A DNA stretch of 63,798 nucleotides, the filler included, from Perkinsus chesapeaki ATCC PRA-425 (lineage: Eukaryota > Protista > Perkinsozoa): the NCBI GenBank assembly GCA_013115145.1. It is 11 parts of 11 records of this genome, joined end to end, with 100 filler letters (N's around TTAATTAATTAA, not from the genome) between each part and the next. Parts side by side here need not be neighbours in the genome. Positions count along the whole stretch, not along the records: positions 45,781 to 48,416 come from JAAPAO010001558.1; positions 48,517 to 51,831 come from JAAPAO010001431.1; positions 51,932 to 57,180 come from JAAPAO010001178.1; positions 57,281 to 58,977 come from JAAPAO010001822.1; positions 59,078 to 62,569 come from JAAPAO010001403.1; 6 more parts are not named here. One strand, 5' to 3'. Shown in pieces: positions 46,691 through 59,212 of the stretch. The notes below the pieces were generated by a model, which was given only the letters and a program-made list of their open reading frames with translations, was not told where the DNA came from and searched no databases. Made by a program: the position numbers and the translations under genes. Numbering within the stretch: the stretch's first letter is position 1; each line of letters starts with the position of its first letter.

Positions 46691-47436
46691 TAATAGTACG
46701 AAAATTCCCTGTCCTATAAGCTAACCCCCCCGCAATAACCTATCCTACATGTATCCGTTTATCCTGCCAATGTCTCCAATATCCATCCGCATCTCTGTCC
46801 GCCGCCTTATCTCCAGCAGCAGCGAATGCAACATTGAAAAAAAGAGCGAATACAAAAAACTCAACTGCTGAGACGGATACAAGCGAGTTGTAGACACTAG
46901 TACTATTCAATGTATTATTTTGAATATTGCTAGTCTATCAGAAGTAAAAAATATTAAGATAAAATTAGATAACATAACAGTAAGCGCGAGTAACAGTTTT
47001 ATCTGATGATTTGGTGATACTACCAAGTAACACAAAGCATTGAACGGTTAATTTTGTCGATAGAAATAGACGTAGTTTGTTATATCATAAAATTAACAAG
47101 TATAGCTTATAAATGGTCACTAACATTAACGTTAACAAATATTTAGAAGTATCGTTGTCTTGTAATTATCATACTTGTCCAAGCACTTTAAAAATTTAAA
47201 TGATGGTAAATATATAATAATACAAATATATAGTTACAAAAATAAAGTTACCACATAATAGTAAATACTTAATTATAGTGTAATACCGTATTTGTAATAC
47301 GTACCGTCCATCCCCTATGTATGATGATACCCCGACTATATGAAGCGATCAACACTACTGATAAGCACCACAGAATGCGAGGTTGAGCCAGGAGTGCTTA
47401 GTTTTTGCAGCATAAACTCGCGAACAGAAGATAACA

Positions 47437-47490
47437 GTCACGCGCCATATAATGAGTCACGCGCCAAATAGTAAGTCACGCGCCACAAAA
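47437..47490 (+). repeat. GTCACGCGCCA, 3 copies at about 19-bp spacing
   Basis: Seen directly. Confidence 0.8.
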
Positions 47491-47527
47491 CGGATTCAGC
47501 ACGGTACCCAATTACACTAAAGTAATA

Positions 47528-47596
47528 GAAAAGAGAATCGAACCTGGGCCATCCGGTTCTTTAATCGTGTGCTCGTCCTACTAGACTAAGCAGACC
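47528..47596 (-). pseudogene. tRNA-derived relic or SINE-like head
   Basis: Minus strand has A-box-like TAGTCTAGTAGG and B-box GGCCCAGGTTCGATTC, but T stem and acceptor stem cannot pair. Confidence 0.55.
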
Positions 47597-49515
47597 GTCG
47601 AATTTAGAATGAATGAATATTACTGCGTTAGCTGGAGTAGTAGAAGTAAAGCGGAACTCGTGTTCCACCTGGTCTTAACCTAATAGTGTAATCATTAGTC
47701 TTTTGTATCATTTCTGAGAGTCTCAGACTGAAGGTACTATTGGTAACCATCACAGGTTGTGGTGATAGTAGCCTTGACCAAACGAAATTTGTCCTATACT
47801 TACTAAGGTACTGGTGGTAGCATTAAATTCTTGCGCGCCACGAAATTCCCCCGACTTAGTGCATTTTAGTGGTAGATCCTACTCTAGTACTGTCAGGCGC
47901 TATTCCCAACCCTATTATCCCTTATTGAGCATTGACTATCACTTGGGAGGCCTTCCCCCAGCATTGAGATTTAATTTTGGAAAAGTTCAACCATGCGGAT
48001 CCGTACCATGGACCTCGGATCTTCAACCCAACACCTTAACCAGCTGACCTGTGAGCCTGCTTAGATTTAGAAAGTGACAAACATAGTGACGATCATCTCG
48101 GGCCAGAACTTAAATCGCTTATAGCTTTTTATACAGCCTACATTAACGCGATTTTTCTCCAGCATTGTATTCTACTCGCCGAGATCTGTCGATTGGTGGT
48201 GTTTTCAGCCCCATATGATGGCCAGGGCGCAAAATCGGCTTCGCAACCACACATTTTTGTAGGGAGCTTCCTCCGGTTTTTTGACGCGCGGTCGGGGCCC
48301 CTACCCCGGCGCGCGAGAATACGATGGGTTGCCGGGCGAACTACCACCTAGCGGTCTGCTGGCTGATACTCGCTTTCAGCTCGGTGCTAGTTTGCCTGCC
48401 GGCCAACTCATGTTGCNNNNNNNNNNNNNNNNNNNNNNNNNNNNNNNNNNNNNNNNNNNNTTAATTAATTAANNNNNNNNNNNNNNNNNNNNNNNNNNNN
48501 NNNNNNNNNNNNNNNNCTTAGGCAGAAGCACCACTCCGGCGCACATACGTTGGGACCGAAAAGTACATACGTTGGGACCACCGGCCGTCACGGAGGGATA
48601 TAAGTGTAGAATACAACTACAATATACTGCATGCAACTGAATACAACTTGAATCGATAAGCATCGCAATCACCACTGGTAACCGATAGCCAGCAATGCGG
48701 AAAAACCCCACTCGCCGGCACAGCAGAAGTACCGCGTCACGAGGCCACGTGCAGTGTAGAAGAGCTGAGTAATTTAGCATCTCAGGCTCGGAGAGGGGGG
48801 TGCAAGCCGACCGACCCATTCCTCCAGCACACCCGTACACGCAAAGCTTCATCAGGACTGCCTAACACCAGGCGGGGCCGACGGTCGTGGGCAGACTGGA
48901 ACGAAAGATGGGATACAACGAAGTACGTACACCAAATGTGTCGATTGGTTACACCCATTGGATATCTTCCGCCCACAAAAGAGTGTCCTGTCAATTTGCA
49001 TTATTAAGCTGTAGCTCTGAGCTTGCTTGCTCGCTTCTCGCATTCCACACTACAGTTCCCAGTATTCTAGCTATACGTAGCATTCAGACGGCGGCGCTAC
49101 GAGCCGTGACGCTTCGCCTACATACCACCGTGCCACGTGGACTCCACGTGACCGTGGTGGTGGCGAAACTACCGCCCTTTGACAGCATGATATGGCCCGG
49201 TTCATAGCTAATGACGCCTGCGAGAGCGTCTCGCCGAGACGGGAAGAGGAGACGCATCCGGATGAGTTGGCCCCTGCCGTCTCGTATCTCATCAGGGAAA
49301 TAACATGTCTCTTTGTTCTGAACAGAGGCCCCTTTCGTCGGTGCGCTTATATCCTCAAGGCATGCCTTATATTCGATATATATATATATCGCCATGAAAA
49401 CGTGATCCGTGTGCTTAAGTGCAAGCACCTAGCTTGCAGGTCGCAAGCAGCAGCGTGTAGACCGTGGAATATGGCACCGTTGCAAAATGATATTTTGACC
49501 AGTGTACTTGTTCAA

Positions 49516-51183
49516 ATGTCGATCATCACCTTCTTCGGATTCGCCTGGCTTCACCTGGTTGTCCAAGGGATCTTCCTGTCGGCTCCCCTACCACGATGTG
49601 CCTCCCAGTGCACTCTTGTCCCAAGCCCACCTGTCCTTGAACACAGCGGAGATTTCCTCACCCTTCATTGGCAACTCGACCCTACTGCCCCCTCCAACGG
49701 ATCCGACAAGATCGCCCTTTATGCTCCACCTTTCAAGGGTGATTCTGCCAGTGAGAAAGATTGGGTTGCCTTCTTCAAGCCTTCAGAGATCGCTCAACAC
49801 TCGGAGCACTCCCTTCCTCTAACTAATGTACGCGCTCCGTTCTATGACATCCGCTACCTCTCCGGTGTCACTGGGGAATGCCTCTGTAGAGCTGATAAGG
49901 TAACATTCAGAATGGGTCCGGAGGAGCCCACTCAGGGCCATACAACTGTCGACACAGTAACAGGAGCACTCAAGGTCCACTGGGTCAGTGGTGATCCCAC
50001 TCCCGCGAAGTTGTGGTTCAAAGAAGAAGGCTCTGATACTTGGTATAGCACCCAAGCCAAAACTACGACCTATACCTCTGATGACATGTGTAACGCTACC
50101 TTGGACAAGTATTATCACCCGGGCTATTTTCACACTGCTGTTCTACCAACGGACGTTCACGGCACACTAGACCTCACTTATGGTAAAAAGCGCTCCTTGG
50201 GACAGCAAATGCAAGTCAAGGCGCCCATTATGCGCGGTCAGCGTGATGAGTATAGCGTGGCGCTGTTCGGTGATATGGGTGTTCAAGGGCTTGGCAGGGG
50301 TCCTTATAAGCTCTGGGTTCCACATGGCGTTTGGGACTCCTACTGGGTGCAAGAACATATGAGAATTAATGACAGGTTGAGACTCATGGTTCACTTTGGT
50401 GACATATCTTATGCTGACGGTTACAGCCGTGTCTGGGATATCTTTGGCGATGTCCTACAAGATGTCACCATGCGCAACCCGGTAATGGTGAGCGATGGTA
50501 ACCATGACTATGATTACAAAGGGGCTTGGAATCCCTCTTGGGCGAAGGGTGACTTTATTAAGAGCAAGTACGGTAACGAATGTGGTGTGCCACTTAAGCA
50601 CCGCTATGATACTCCAGCGTGGTGGTACTCTTTTGACTATGGAATGGTCCATTACGTTATGCTCTCATCTGAGCATAACTGGACCGAAGGCAGCAACCAG
50701 TGGGAGTGGTTCAGTAAAGATCTCTCGGAGGTTGATAGAACTGTAACACCATGGGTAGTCGTAACATCCCATCGCCCAATGCTTGTCGCTGTCATTGGCG
50801 AGCCTCGCAACACTATTGAATCCCACATGGCCAAGGAATTGATGCCCTTATTGAAGGAGTACAAAGTGAACCTTTACGTGGCTGGTCATTGGCATCATTA
50901 TGAAAGAACTAAACCCGTGGATGAAACAGTCCATGTTCTCTCAGGCTGCGCCGGTGCTCAAGACCTGCCTGTAAAGTTCAGAGACCTAAACAGGACTGCC
51001 GCGATATGGGCAGAAGTGCGTGGCTACCTAGAGCTGCAAGTGAAAGAAGATAGTCTGGTTGGTATATTTTGGGGAGTAAACGACACCATGGAAGACCGCC
51101 ATCTCATCGAGTTCGATCACTTCATGATCAACAATCGTGACCAAGCCGTGCCCCACCCCTTATTGAGAGGAGTAGATGTGTAA
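49516..51183 (+). CDS. Secreted purple acid phosphatase (nucleotide pyrophosphatase-like, with FN3-type N-terminal domains), intronless
   Basis: All five metal-ligand motifs present: GDMG, GDISY, GNHD, VTSH, GHWH; hydrophobic signal peptide from ATG 49516. Confidence 0.93.
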   Translation: MSIITFFGFAWLHLVVQGIFLSAPLPRCASQCTLVPSPPVLEHSGDFLTLHWQLDPTAPSNGSDKIALYAPPFKGDSASEKDWVAFFKPSEIAQHSEHSLPLTNVRAPFYDIRYLSGVTGECLCRADKVTFRMGPEEPTQGHTTVDTVTGALKVHWVSGDPTPAKLWFKEEGSDTWYSTQAKTTTYTSDDMCNATLDKYYHPGYFHTAVLPTDVHGTLDLTYGKKRSLGQQMQVKAPIMRGQRDEYSVALFGDMGVQGLGRGPYKLWVPHGVWDSYWVQEHMRINDRLRLMVHFGDISYADGYSRVWDIFGDVLQDVTMRNPVMVSDGNHDYDYKGAWNPSWAKGDFIKSKYGNECGVPLKHRYDTPAWWYSFDYGMVHYVMLSSEHNWTEGSNQWEWFSKDLSEVDRTVTPWVVVTSHRPMLVAVIGEPRNTIESHMAKELMPLLKEYKVNLYVAGHWHHYERTKPVDETVHVLSGCAGAQDLPVKFRDLNRTAAIWAEVRGYLELQVKEDSLVGIFWGVNDTMEDRHLIEFDHFMINNRDQAVPHPLLRGVDV

Positions 51184-52207
51184 CTTTTAGTTTATTAATA
51201 ATATGAACTTATTACTTCAGGATAACACGATATAATTCATTAGAGTTACAAGTAGCTCAATAACTACAGTTGTATTTCTAGTCGTAAGCATAGGTATGGT
51301 ATGGCTACCACTGGTAGCCTATCAGCGAGTGTTAGCCGAGTCCGAGGGAACTGTGCGACAATTTCGACTGCGTATCGCCCGTTTTCTCTTAAGAGGTTTT
51401 TCAAATAGGCTCGGTGGTGAGGACCAGGACTCATAAATCTATTTCCCACTCACAACTTTCCTGTGCAGTGTTGGTCAGAGTAAAGCGGTTTAGTTTTGCT
51501 GACACTCAACCTTGGCAGCAATGAAAATATGTCGTCCAGCCTTTGACCTACATGTACAGTGAAGTTTTACCCCCGCTACTTGAGACCTAGTGTAAAGCAC
51601 ATATCGCCCAACACAAGGCATTGTGTCGCCAAATTAGGCGCAAAACATGTTGAACGCGAAATCCGTTTTGCTCACGCGCTTGAAAACGCGTAGGTAGACC
51701 ACGTTATGTGTTTTGACGGGAAATAAATTACGTATAGTGGCAATCATTTCTGGGATTCTAGTGATGTCGTGTGCCCACTAGGCATGACGAGTTATGATGA
51801 TAAGTTATGTAGGTTTCAGTATATCTGCCTTNNNNNNNNNNNNNNNNNNNNNNNNNNNNNNNNNNNNNNNNNNNNTTAATTAATTAANNNNNNNNNNNNN
51901 NNNNNNNNNNNNNNNNNNNNNNNNNNNNNNNCGTGTCTATATCTTGGTTGTTCTTGGGTTTAGCAGTACATCTTTGGGTCGGGTCTTATTCGTAGTCCTG
52001 ACATACTCAAGTTGCTTCCAATTGACCATTGGCAATGGTGCGCCTTTTCTAAATGATGTCCTCGGCGGGATTCTGCATTTGAAATCATTTACCTCTATTT
52101 TTAAAAGGGCTACTACTCTGAACTATAATTTAGCGTGAAATGAGCTTACATAATCTCCAAAACTGTCAGCCGAAATACCTTAGTTGACCTATTTTGTATC
52201 TTATTAA

Positions 52208-55200
52208 ATGAAGATACGTTTTGGTCTTATACAAAAGTTAGCTGCCGGAGAAAAGGTCAATCAGGTGAGCCATACAAAATATCGTCCCCAAAATCTCCAT
52301 AGTGCGATACGTCGAAGCCTTTCGTAACACATAATACAACCTCTTGAAGCCCATCTTCATTTTTGAAATCCAAGTCAGCAGTTCCAGATCACCAAAATGC
52401 ACTTACTGCGTAGGGTGACTCGTGCGACAATAGGCCGTGCTCTCTGACAGTGGCTCCCGGTGCGAGTTCCGTTACTTGGACCGAATCCTACTACGCTCGT
52501 TTTCCCCAAACATTGCCAAGATTCTTCCCACTGTTGTCTAAAATGCCGAGTTTTTGGCCACTTCATAGTATCTATTCATTAGTATATTCATAGTATTTAC
52601 AACCTGTTTATCTAACCTCACAGAACCCAGCTTCAAACAGTGTATCTGTGTAGTGGACATTTTGTTAACTTGTTCCTAGAGCCTTCGGGAGCATCCTATA
52701 GGAGCGTTTGCCACTCCTCGTTCGGCTATTGAAGTGTTAATCGTTCAGACCGGCAAGGGTGTTAAGAAAGGAAACGGGAAGAATAAGCAGCAAAAACGTA
52801 AAGTCGATGTGATGCCATTTAATAAGAAGCTCGCTAAGGCAGCAGAACGGAAAGAACTGGGTAGTGGAGAAGGGCAAAGGGGCTTCGGGGAGATTTATTG
52901 ACGCATTTTAACAGCTTGGGGGAAATCCAGTTAAGGAGAGTCTTTGAGGTGTGGCTGCTGCCGTCACAAGGATACTGTTGGGCTTGCTAAGCCGTGCCCA
53001 CTAAAACCCCTGAAAGACCTATAGGGCAAATAAATCTATAAGTAGCATTATATTATGAAAATATGGAAATATAATTACTATCTATTTATGTGCTAAAGTA
53101 TATATAGTCATTAGTACATATTTTGATATACAATAAGAGTAAATTACAGGAAGTAATATTTATATACATCTGATGGATTCAAGAACATTCATTACCCCAC
53201 AAGGATCGATATCCGGCCTGATTACTGGTTCTATAACTCAGGCGAGCTGGTGCAACAACATTATTTGTGTGTTGTATTTAGGAACTGCTTTGGGCATAAT
53301 GTCGAGTATTAAAAAGGCAGGAGGCAGGCCGGATAAGCATACCTACGCTAATATGATAAACACCTGCGTCAGATGTGATAATATAGCTAAGGCAGAAGGG
53401 TAATAGATGGGGTCGTGAGAGATCGAGTTGGATGCAATGGGAATGTAGGCATATTGAAACCCGAATATATTTATCTAAGTATATGATATTATAAATACTA
53501 TTTTTGGGGTTATGAGGGTCCCTTATTGAGGGAGGTTATTTCTGTACAAGGTTTCTAGTACAGAAAAACCGTTTCTTGTACTGGGTTTCTTATTGATAAT
53601 ATAAGTGATAGCTGTGTGAATTCTGGTAATAGTTATTAGACTAATGATTAGGCCTTGTTAGGGTTGTGATACCTTTAAGCTTGTTTTGATTAATTATCGG
53701 GCTTTATACTTTTTACTGCACAGCCTCGTCTAGGTCAGAGGAGCCGACCTGTTCACTAAAGTATATATGATATTGGAGACACTGGGCTCTTGGAGACATG
53801 GAAATATAATTAATGTCAATTTTGTTTTCATGCTCTACTTATTTAGATCGCTGCGGCGCAACTTGTAATAATATAAACGCTCTCACTATTACTAATATAT
53901 CGCCGATAGCGATCAACTTTTATGCAAGGGTCGCTTGCCGACCTTTTTTGAATCTTGTATCATGGAAGATTCATATAATCTTGTATATATCTCATATATC
54001 GATCTCGTGCTCCGATATTAGTCCTATTAATACTATTGATCAGTTCTATTATTCTGCCTCATCTACCTTATATTATATCTCGGCATATCAGTTCTATTGG
54101 TAATCGCCGTTAGCGCTTGTTCAAGGGCCGCTGGTCGACTTGCTTCTTACAATGATTCTCAGGTTTTTGGCGGAGATGCGGGAGACGGTCGGAGTGTCAG
54201 TGGTGAGTTGGTGGAGGTAAGGTTGAATGGAGTTCGTAATTTAGGTGCCGATGACTACCATGCTGAAAGGATACGCTTCGGAAGGGTATAGGGATAAAGC
54301 TATTCAATTACTGGATGAGATGATCGATAAGAGGATAGCTAATGATAGATCAATAAGTAGTAGATTTGAGGGAATGTACGTAGGAGGTGAACTAGGTTGA
54401 TGGAATCACAGGAATATAAAAAGGGGGAGTTTCATAATTTTCTTGAAGTTCGTGAAGTTGGTGAGAAGACCCTCTTGCCTTTCATTATCTTAATTATAGA
54501 ATACTTTATTATTATAGTAGGTTAGGATACTTTATTATTATAGTAGGTTGGGATACTTTATTATTATAGTAGGTTGGGATACTTTATTATTATAGTAGGT
54601 TGGGATACTTTATTATTATAGTAGNNNNNNNNNNNNNNNNNNNNNNNNNNNNNNNNNNNNNNNNNNNNNNNNNNNNNNNNNNNNNNNNNNNNNNNNNNNN
54701 NNNNNNNNNNNNNNNNNNNNNNAGGTTGGGATACTTTGTTTAGGTGCATTCCTTCGTGGTTGTCTTCGCCATGGATGGTGTGAGGCTGCTATAACAGCTT
54801 ATGACAAGGCTGATAGTAAAGGGCTTATTGAGGATGGTAACGAAATGGGTTCAAAGTGGCGAACATCACCGGAAAATCGATGAAATGTGTAGAAATCTGT
54901 GCTCATTGATGCCAAATATTTCCTATATCCCGTATATATGTGTTATAAGGAAACCTATACCTTTTTGCATCCCATCCCGCTTTTCGCCGTTACGTAACTG
55001 AGTCTTGGTCATAGACGTTATGTGGTTGAGATTGGATACAACCTGAGCGAGTTACGTACCATATCGCAGAAAGCTGCGGAGTCCTTCAAGAGCAAGTGTT
55101 CGTCCTCCTCTTTGGTGGGTTTATTTTTATTCTCAGGTAGCCGTAACGTATATGCTAGGATACTATCCCTGGCTGGGCGAAGCTCTGAAGCGATAACACT

Positions 55201-55868
55201 TAAGGGACTAAGTGGAAGTAAGCAATAACAATGCAACAATTAAGCCTTAGGAAAAAGGGATAAAATATAATATATGAATAAACAAACATTTACACATGCA
55301 AGTAGAATGTAAACCCTTTGAACCAGATAAATTACAGCATATAAACCATCTGAACCTTGAAAGCCTCGAGCTCTTTTCACACACACTCATATTAGAAAGG
55401 CTCTCGAGTGTTAAGAAAATTCGTCCAAGTTGGGAAATATGAGGAAGATGTGACTCCTCAGGCACATTAGCATCGGTGTCGACGACTATGGCGGTTACGG
55501 ATGGTAAAAATATGGATAAAGTGAATGGGGCTATTAAACAGGCGGAAAGGAAGTTGAACGATGAGGAGAAAAATATGAAGTCTGATGGCCAGAAGAGTAG
55601 GCGTATCTTTCGCACCCGGAAGATTTTATATTCAGATAAGTTTGGAGACCATTTGATTGCGGAAGCTCGACGAGATTTGAATGCGGCGAAGAAATTCTTG
55701 GCGAGTGACACTTCTATTAATGTAAGGGGAGGAATGGTTGGCTGGGAAAATGACGTGTACATTTTCAATACCGAATTTCTCCCACTTTTGTTCCCGTTCA
55801 TTGGGCGAAGGTGTGCGAATTTCGAACTCACCGATGTAGAGCTGCGGTTCATTAGATCGGGAATCTGA
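52208..55868 (+). CDS. Pentatricopeptide-repeat (PPR) protein, long introns, extent uncertain
   Basis: Phase-compatible exons 52680-52860 (FNKKLAKAAERKEL), 53282-53399 (GTALGIMSSIKKAGGRPDKHTYANMINTCVRCDNIAKAE), 54163-54202 (GFLAEMRETVGVSV); further exon from 54744 (AFLRGCLRHGWCEAAITAYDK). Confidence 0.7.
54502..54740 (+). repeat. 26-bp minisatellite TACTTTATTATTATAGTAGGTTGGGA spanning an assembly gap
   Basis: Period 26 from 54502; continues after the N run. Confidence 0.93.
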
Positions 55869-57280
55869 TTCCCATCACTTTCAACTGGTAGTTTCAACTC
55901 GAAACTTTCAGATGGAAGGTTTTCATTACCCGACTGCTTTTTAGGTGAGACCTTCGTTTGCGCGTTTCCTGTACCTTCCCAAGTCAACTGAGAATATGTC
56001 GAAAGAGGCGCGCATCGTGGAAGGATGGAATGCCATTGGGGTTGATCAAGGTGAGGTCGTTGGCCTACGGAAATATTTCTGACGCATCGTGGAGGAGAAT
56101 TGGTTCAGCGTCGAAATATCTATCAGACTTTTGCAGAGACGGCCTGAAGTCTCCTTTTTTGAACCGCAGTGGGAAACGAGAACCGACGAGGGATGCGAAA
56201 GTCTGCCGGAAATTTGCCAAGTTTTGTCGCATCCGTCTGCCCGAGCATAAATAGACCGTCGCCGAGTGCAGATGTCGTGGAGAAGTTTGTTTATAAATTA
56301 TTTTTTAGTTGTGGATGATGTTCACAAGTTCACTTTGGACACTTTATCCAAGGCACTTGAGAATGGCAAAGTGAAGGTTGCTGACAAAAGCCGAGGAATG
56401 TAAGTGAGGGGAGATATAGTTAATAGAAATTAATACTCATACGTATTAGACGTATTCAATCAATCATCAAATACCTCACTAGACACTCGCTTCTTTGGCC
56501 GGGTTAATTCGGCGTGGATTTGGTAAATCATATGAAGTATATATTATGCTATATTCGAGGAACGAGAATATCATACGACAAGGAACCCGGCTTGTGGGCG
56601 AGCGCTAGTCACGGTGCACGCACGTGCCACCGTAGCCGAGGGCATTGTAGACTGACGGCATGTGGAACTCTCTTGAGTTGAAGCTTGCCCGCCCACTATC
56701 ACCCGACCGACTTCATGGGGAAACGCAATCGGACGTTCGCCTTGACCACTCGGCCAACCTCCTCTCCCAACGTGCACGCTGACTGAGTCTCGGGTGACCG
56801 TCGGTTGTATAACCTATCCAGAAAATTTCTCACTTATGTATTCTTGGAGATGTAGCCGGGGCGACTCGTGAGGCAAAATTCCCACAATATCAGATGAGAG
56901 TTTGTTCATTCCGTGCGCGCCGTATAGTGGAATATCTGATATGGATACCCGAAGCACACCCAGAAAGTACTGGAGCGAGTTATATAAGTTTGAAGTGCCA
57001 CTTGACCTGCCTCTAATTGAATTTTATTAGTCGATATTACTCTATCACAGAGACTCTGTGGAATAGAGCTTGAATACTGCAATGCTCCTGAACTTGTACA
57101 AAGCCTATTCAGATTGTCATGCATCCTGCGGAATGGGAATCTGTAGCTCTGCAGTGTTAAGTAGATTTGGGAATAATGATNNNNNNNNNNNNNNNNNNNN
57201 NNNNNNNNNNNNNNNNNNNNNNNNTTAATTAATTAANNNNNNNNNNNNNNNNNNNNNNNNNNNNNNNNNNNNNNNNNNNN

Positions 57281-57509
57281 TAACAACAGCATACTCCTTA
57301 CGAGTTGCCTTAACTGGCTTGAGGTTGTAAGGATAACCCATATTGAATATAGGATCCTGAAGTCTCAGTACGATCCAACGAAGTAGCATCCCAACCAGGA
57401 TAAATGGCATTGACAAGGCGAGAATGACGACGATCAGTAGTGACTCTAGCCTGTTAAAAGGCTGAGCCCCCATAGATAAGACCACGGGTATCGCTTGTTT
57501 CTGAGTCAT
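57281..57509 (-). CDS. Possible 3'-truncated membrane protein N-terminus
   Basis: ATG, one long hydrophobic segment (LLIVVILALSMPFILVGMLL), frame open to the contig edge. Confidence 0.35.
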
Positions 57510-59077
57510 TTATATCTTGGGATGAAGAATACTGAACAAGCCGAATATCTGTTGCATGTTAAGACTGACGAAGATAGCTGGTTCTAGTGAGAGCAAAGTG
57601 ACGAGCTTACCATCTACTTCGGCAGGGGTGGTCCGCAAACCGAAAAAGCGAAAGCTCAGATCCTGCTTGACTGCGACGCCTGTAGCTACTACGCCTGCAC
57701 ACAGAGTAACCGCGCTGCCTTCGTTTCCATGAGTAAGAGGAGCCTACAATAAAAACGGGCGAGTCAAATATCTGCAGTCGTTGCTCTGAAGGTGACATGC
57801 ATCGCAAAGCAGATGAAACTGGCCTCCTAGAGGATAATAGAGCAGCTCTATTGGAGCTCGTTTGCACGCGCGTCAACGGGCTTCGGGTATCCGGACTTCG
57901 TGAGAAAGAACTGACTAAATGATGATTGATTAGTGCATATGAGACACCCATGTCGGTGCTGGGTGACAGAAAGTGGAGAAGGCCTGTTTGCCGACAGAGC
58001 AACCTAGTATCAGCTTGAGGAAAGGCCCGGAGCATGGATAATGAACGCGTGCACCCCACACTGTGCGAATAGTACTAAATTGCGAACTCTACGCGAGTTG
58101 ATCTCAGAGCTTCATTTACACTGGTATGAGAGATACTGCAAGCTCCAATTCAAGATAGACCAAGCGCGAAAAGGAGGTCACAGTATGCACAACCGAGGCT
58201 GTTGGGCAGTGAAAGCAAGGACAAGAAAGGCCGAGGTACGCCAGCTACAGCTAACGAGTTCCTTTGGGCACTTGGAGCAAAAGTAAGAAAGGGCCATGTA
58301 CGGTGGCCAAAGCCAAAGTATTCCTTTCACTACTGAAGGCGGCAAATAATCAACTCTGACGCACAGTAGCCATAGCTAGCGTCTTATTTTGACCACTTTG
58401 AGAACACAACGAGAAGCTGTTAGCAGAGTAATAAGAAGAAGTAACAAGGGAAACACCAAGGAATGGACAGAACCACATCTTCATGGTTCCAGGCGAAACC
58501 GTTTGAAACAAGAAAACTGGTATCACTTAACGTGACAAGTAATTCTGGCTATGACGGATCCAACAAGGCGAGGCATCGATGAAAACCTGATGCTGCTAGA
58601 GTGATGGATGAGTCATATACACCAGGAAGATTAAATTGATTGGCAAGCTCACTGAGAGTGGAGTGCGAGCTTGCTTTCCCTAGCATCCATACTGCGAAGG
58701 TAGGGAGTATTGGGCTGGAGCATTTCCATTCTACCAATCCAGGCAGCAAGGCTATCACTGAGCCATGGCTCGAGGGCAACCAAGAACTGATTCTTAAAAC
58801 CAATGGTATGAACACCAGTAGCAATACGAGGATCATCATTCTGAATTCTCCAAACCACTTCATCAGTGCATTTATCAGAAGGCATGTCGAAGAGTGTGAA
58901 CAAGGGAGATGCACCACAGCCAGCAGCAGTACTGAAGTTAGTATCATTCATAGCACCAGGCTGAATGGTAAGAACACNNNNNNNNNNNNNNNNNNNNNNN
59001 NNNNNNNNNNNNNNNNNNNNNTTAATTAATTAANNNNNNNNNNNNNNNNNNNNNNNNNNNNNNNNNNNNNNNNNNNN

Positions 59078-59150
59078 TTCTGGTTTACCTTTATAACAGT
59101 TCGGGTTTCTGGTTTACCTTTATAACAGTTCGGGTTTCTGGTTTACCTTT
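59078..59150 (+). repeat. 29-bp satellite ACAGTTCGGGTTTCTGGTTTACCTTTATA (same family as 6706-6850)
   Basis: ACAGTTCGGG at 59096 and 59125; truncated by the contig start. Confidence 0.88.
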
Positions 59151-59212
59151 TATATTACTAACTACTATAAATAAACCTGAAAGATATTCAGACTTGGTAG
59201 CATCTTGTTCGT

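Noticed and set aside
49192-49515. N-terminal 108-aa extension of the phosphatase ORF
   Set aside because: The signal peptide starts at Met 49516; the upstream part includes an (AT)n run and looks like a fortuitous open frame
54412-54430. TATAAAAAGGGGGAG as an LTR promoter or polypurine tract
   Set aside because: No paired LTR or retroelement ORF nearby; lies in a probable PPR intron
57607-58951. Several 80-150 aa ORFs on the 57.3-59.0 kb contig
   Set aside because: Overlapping frames with no identifiable domain; cannot tell which, if any, is coding
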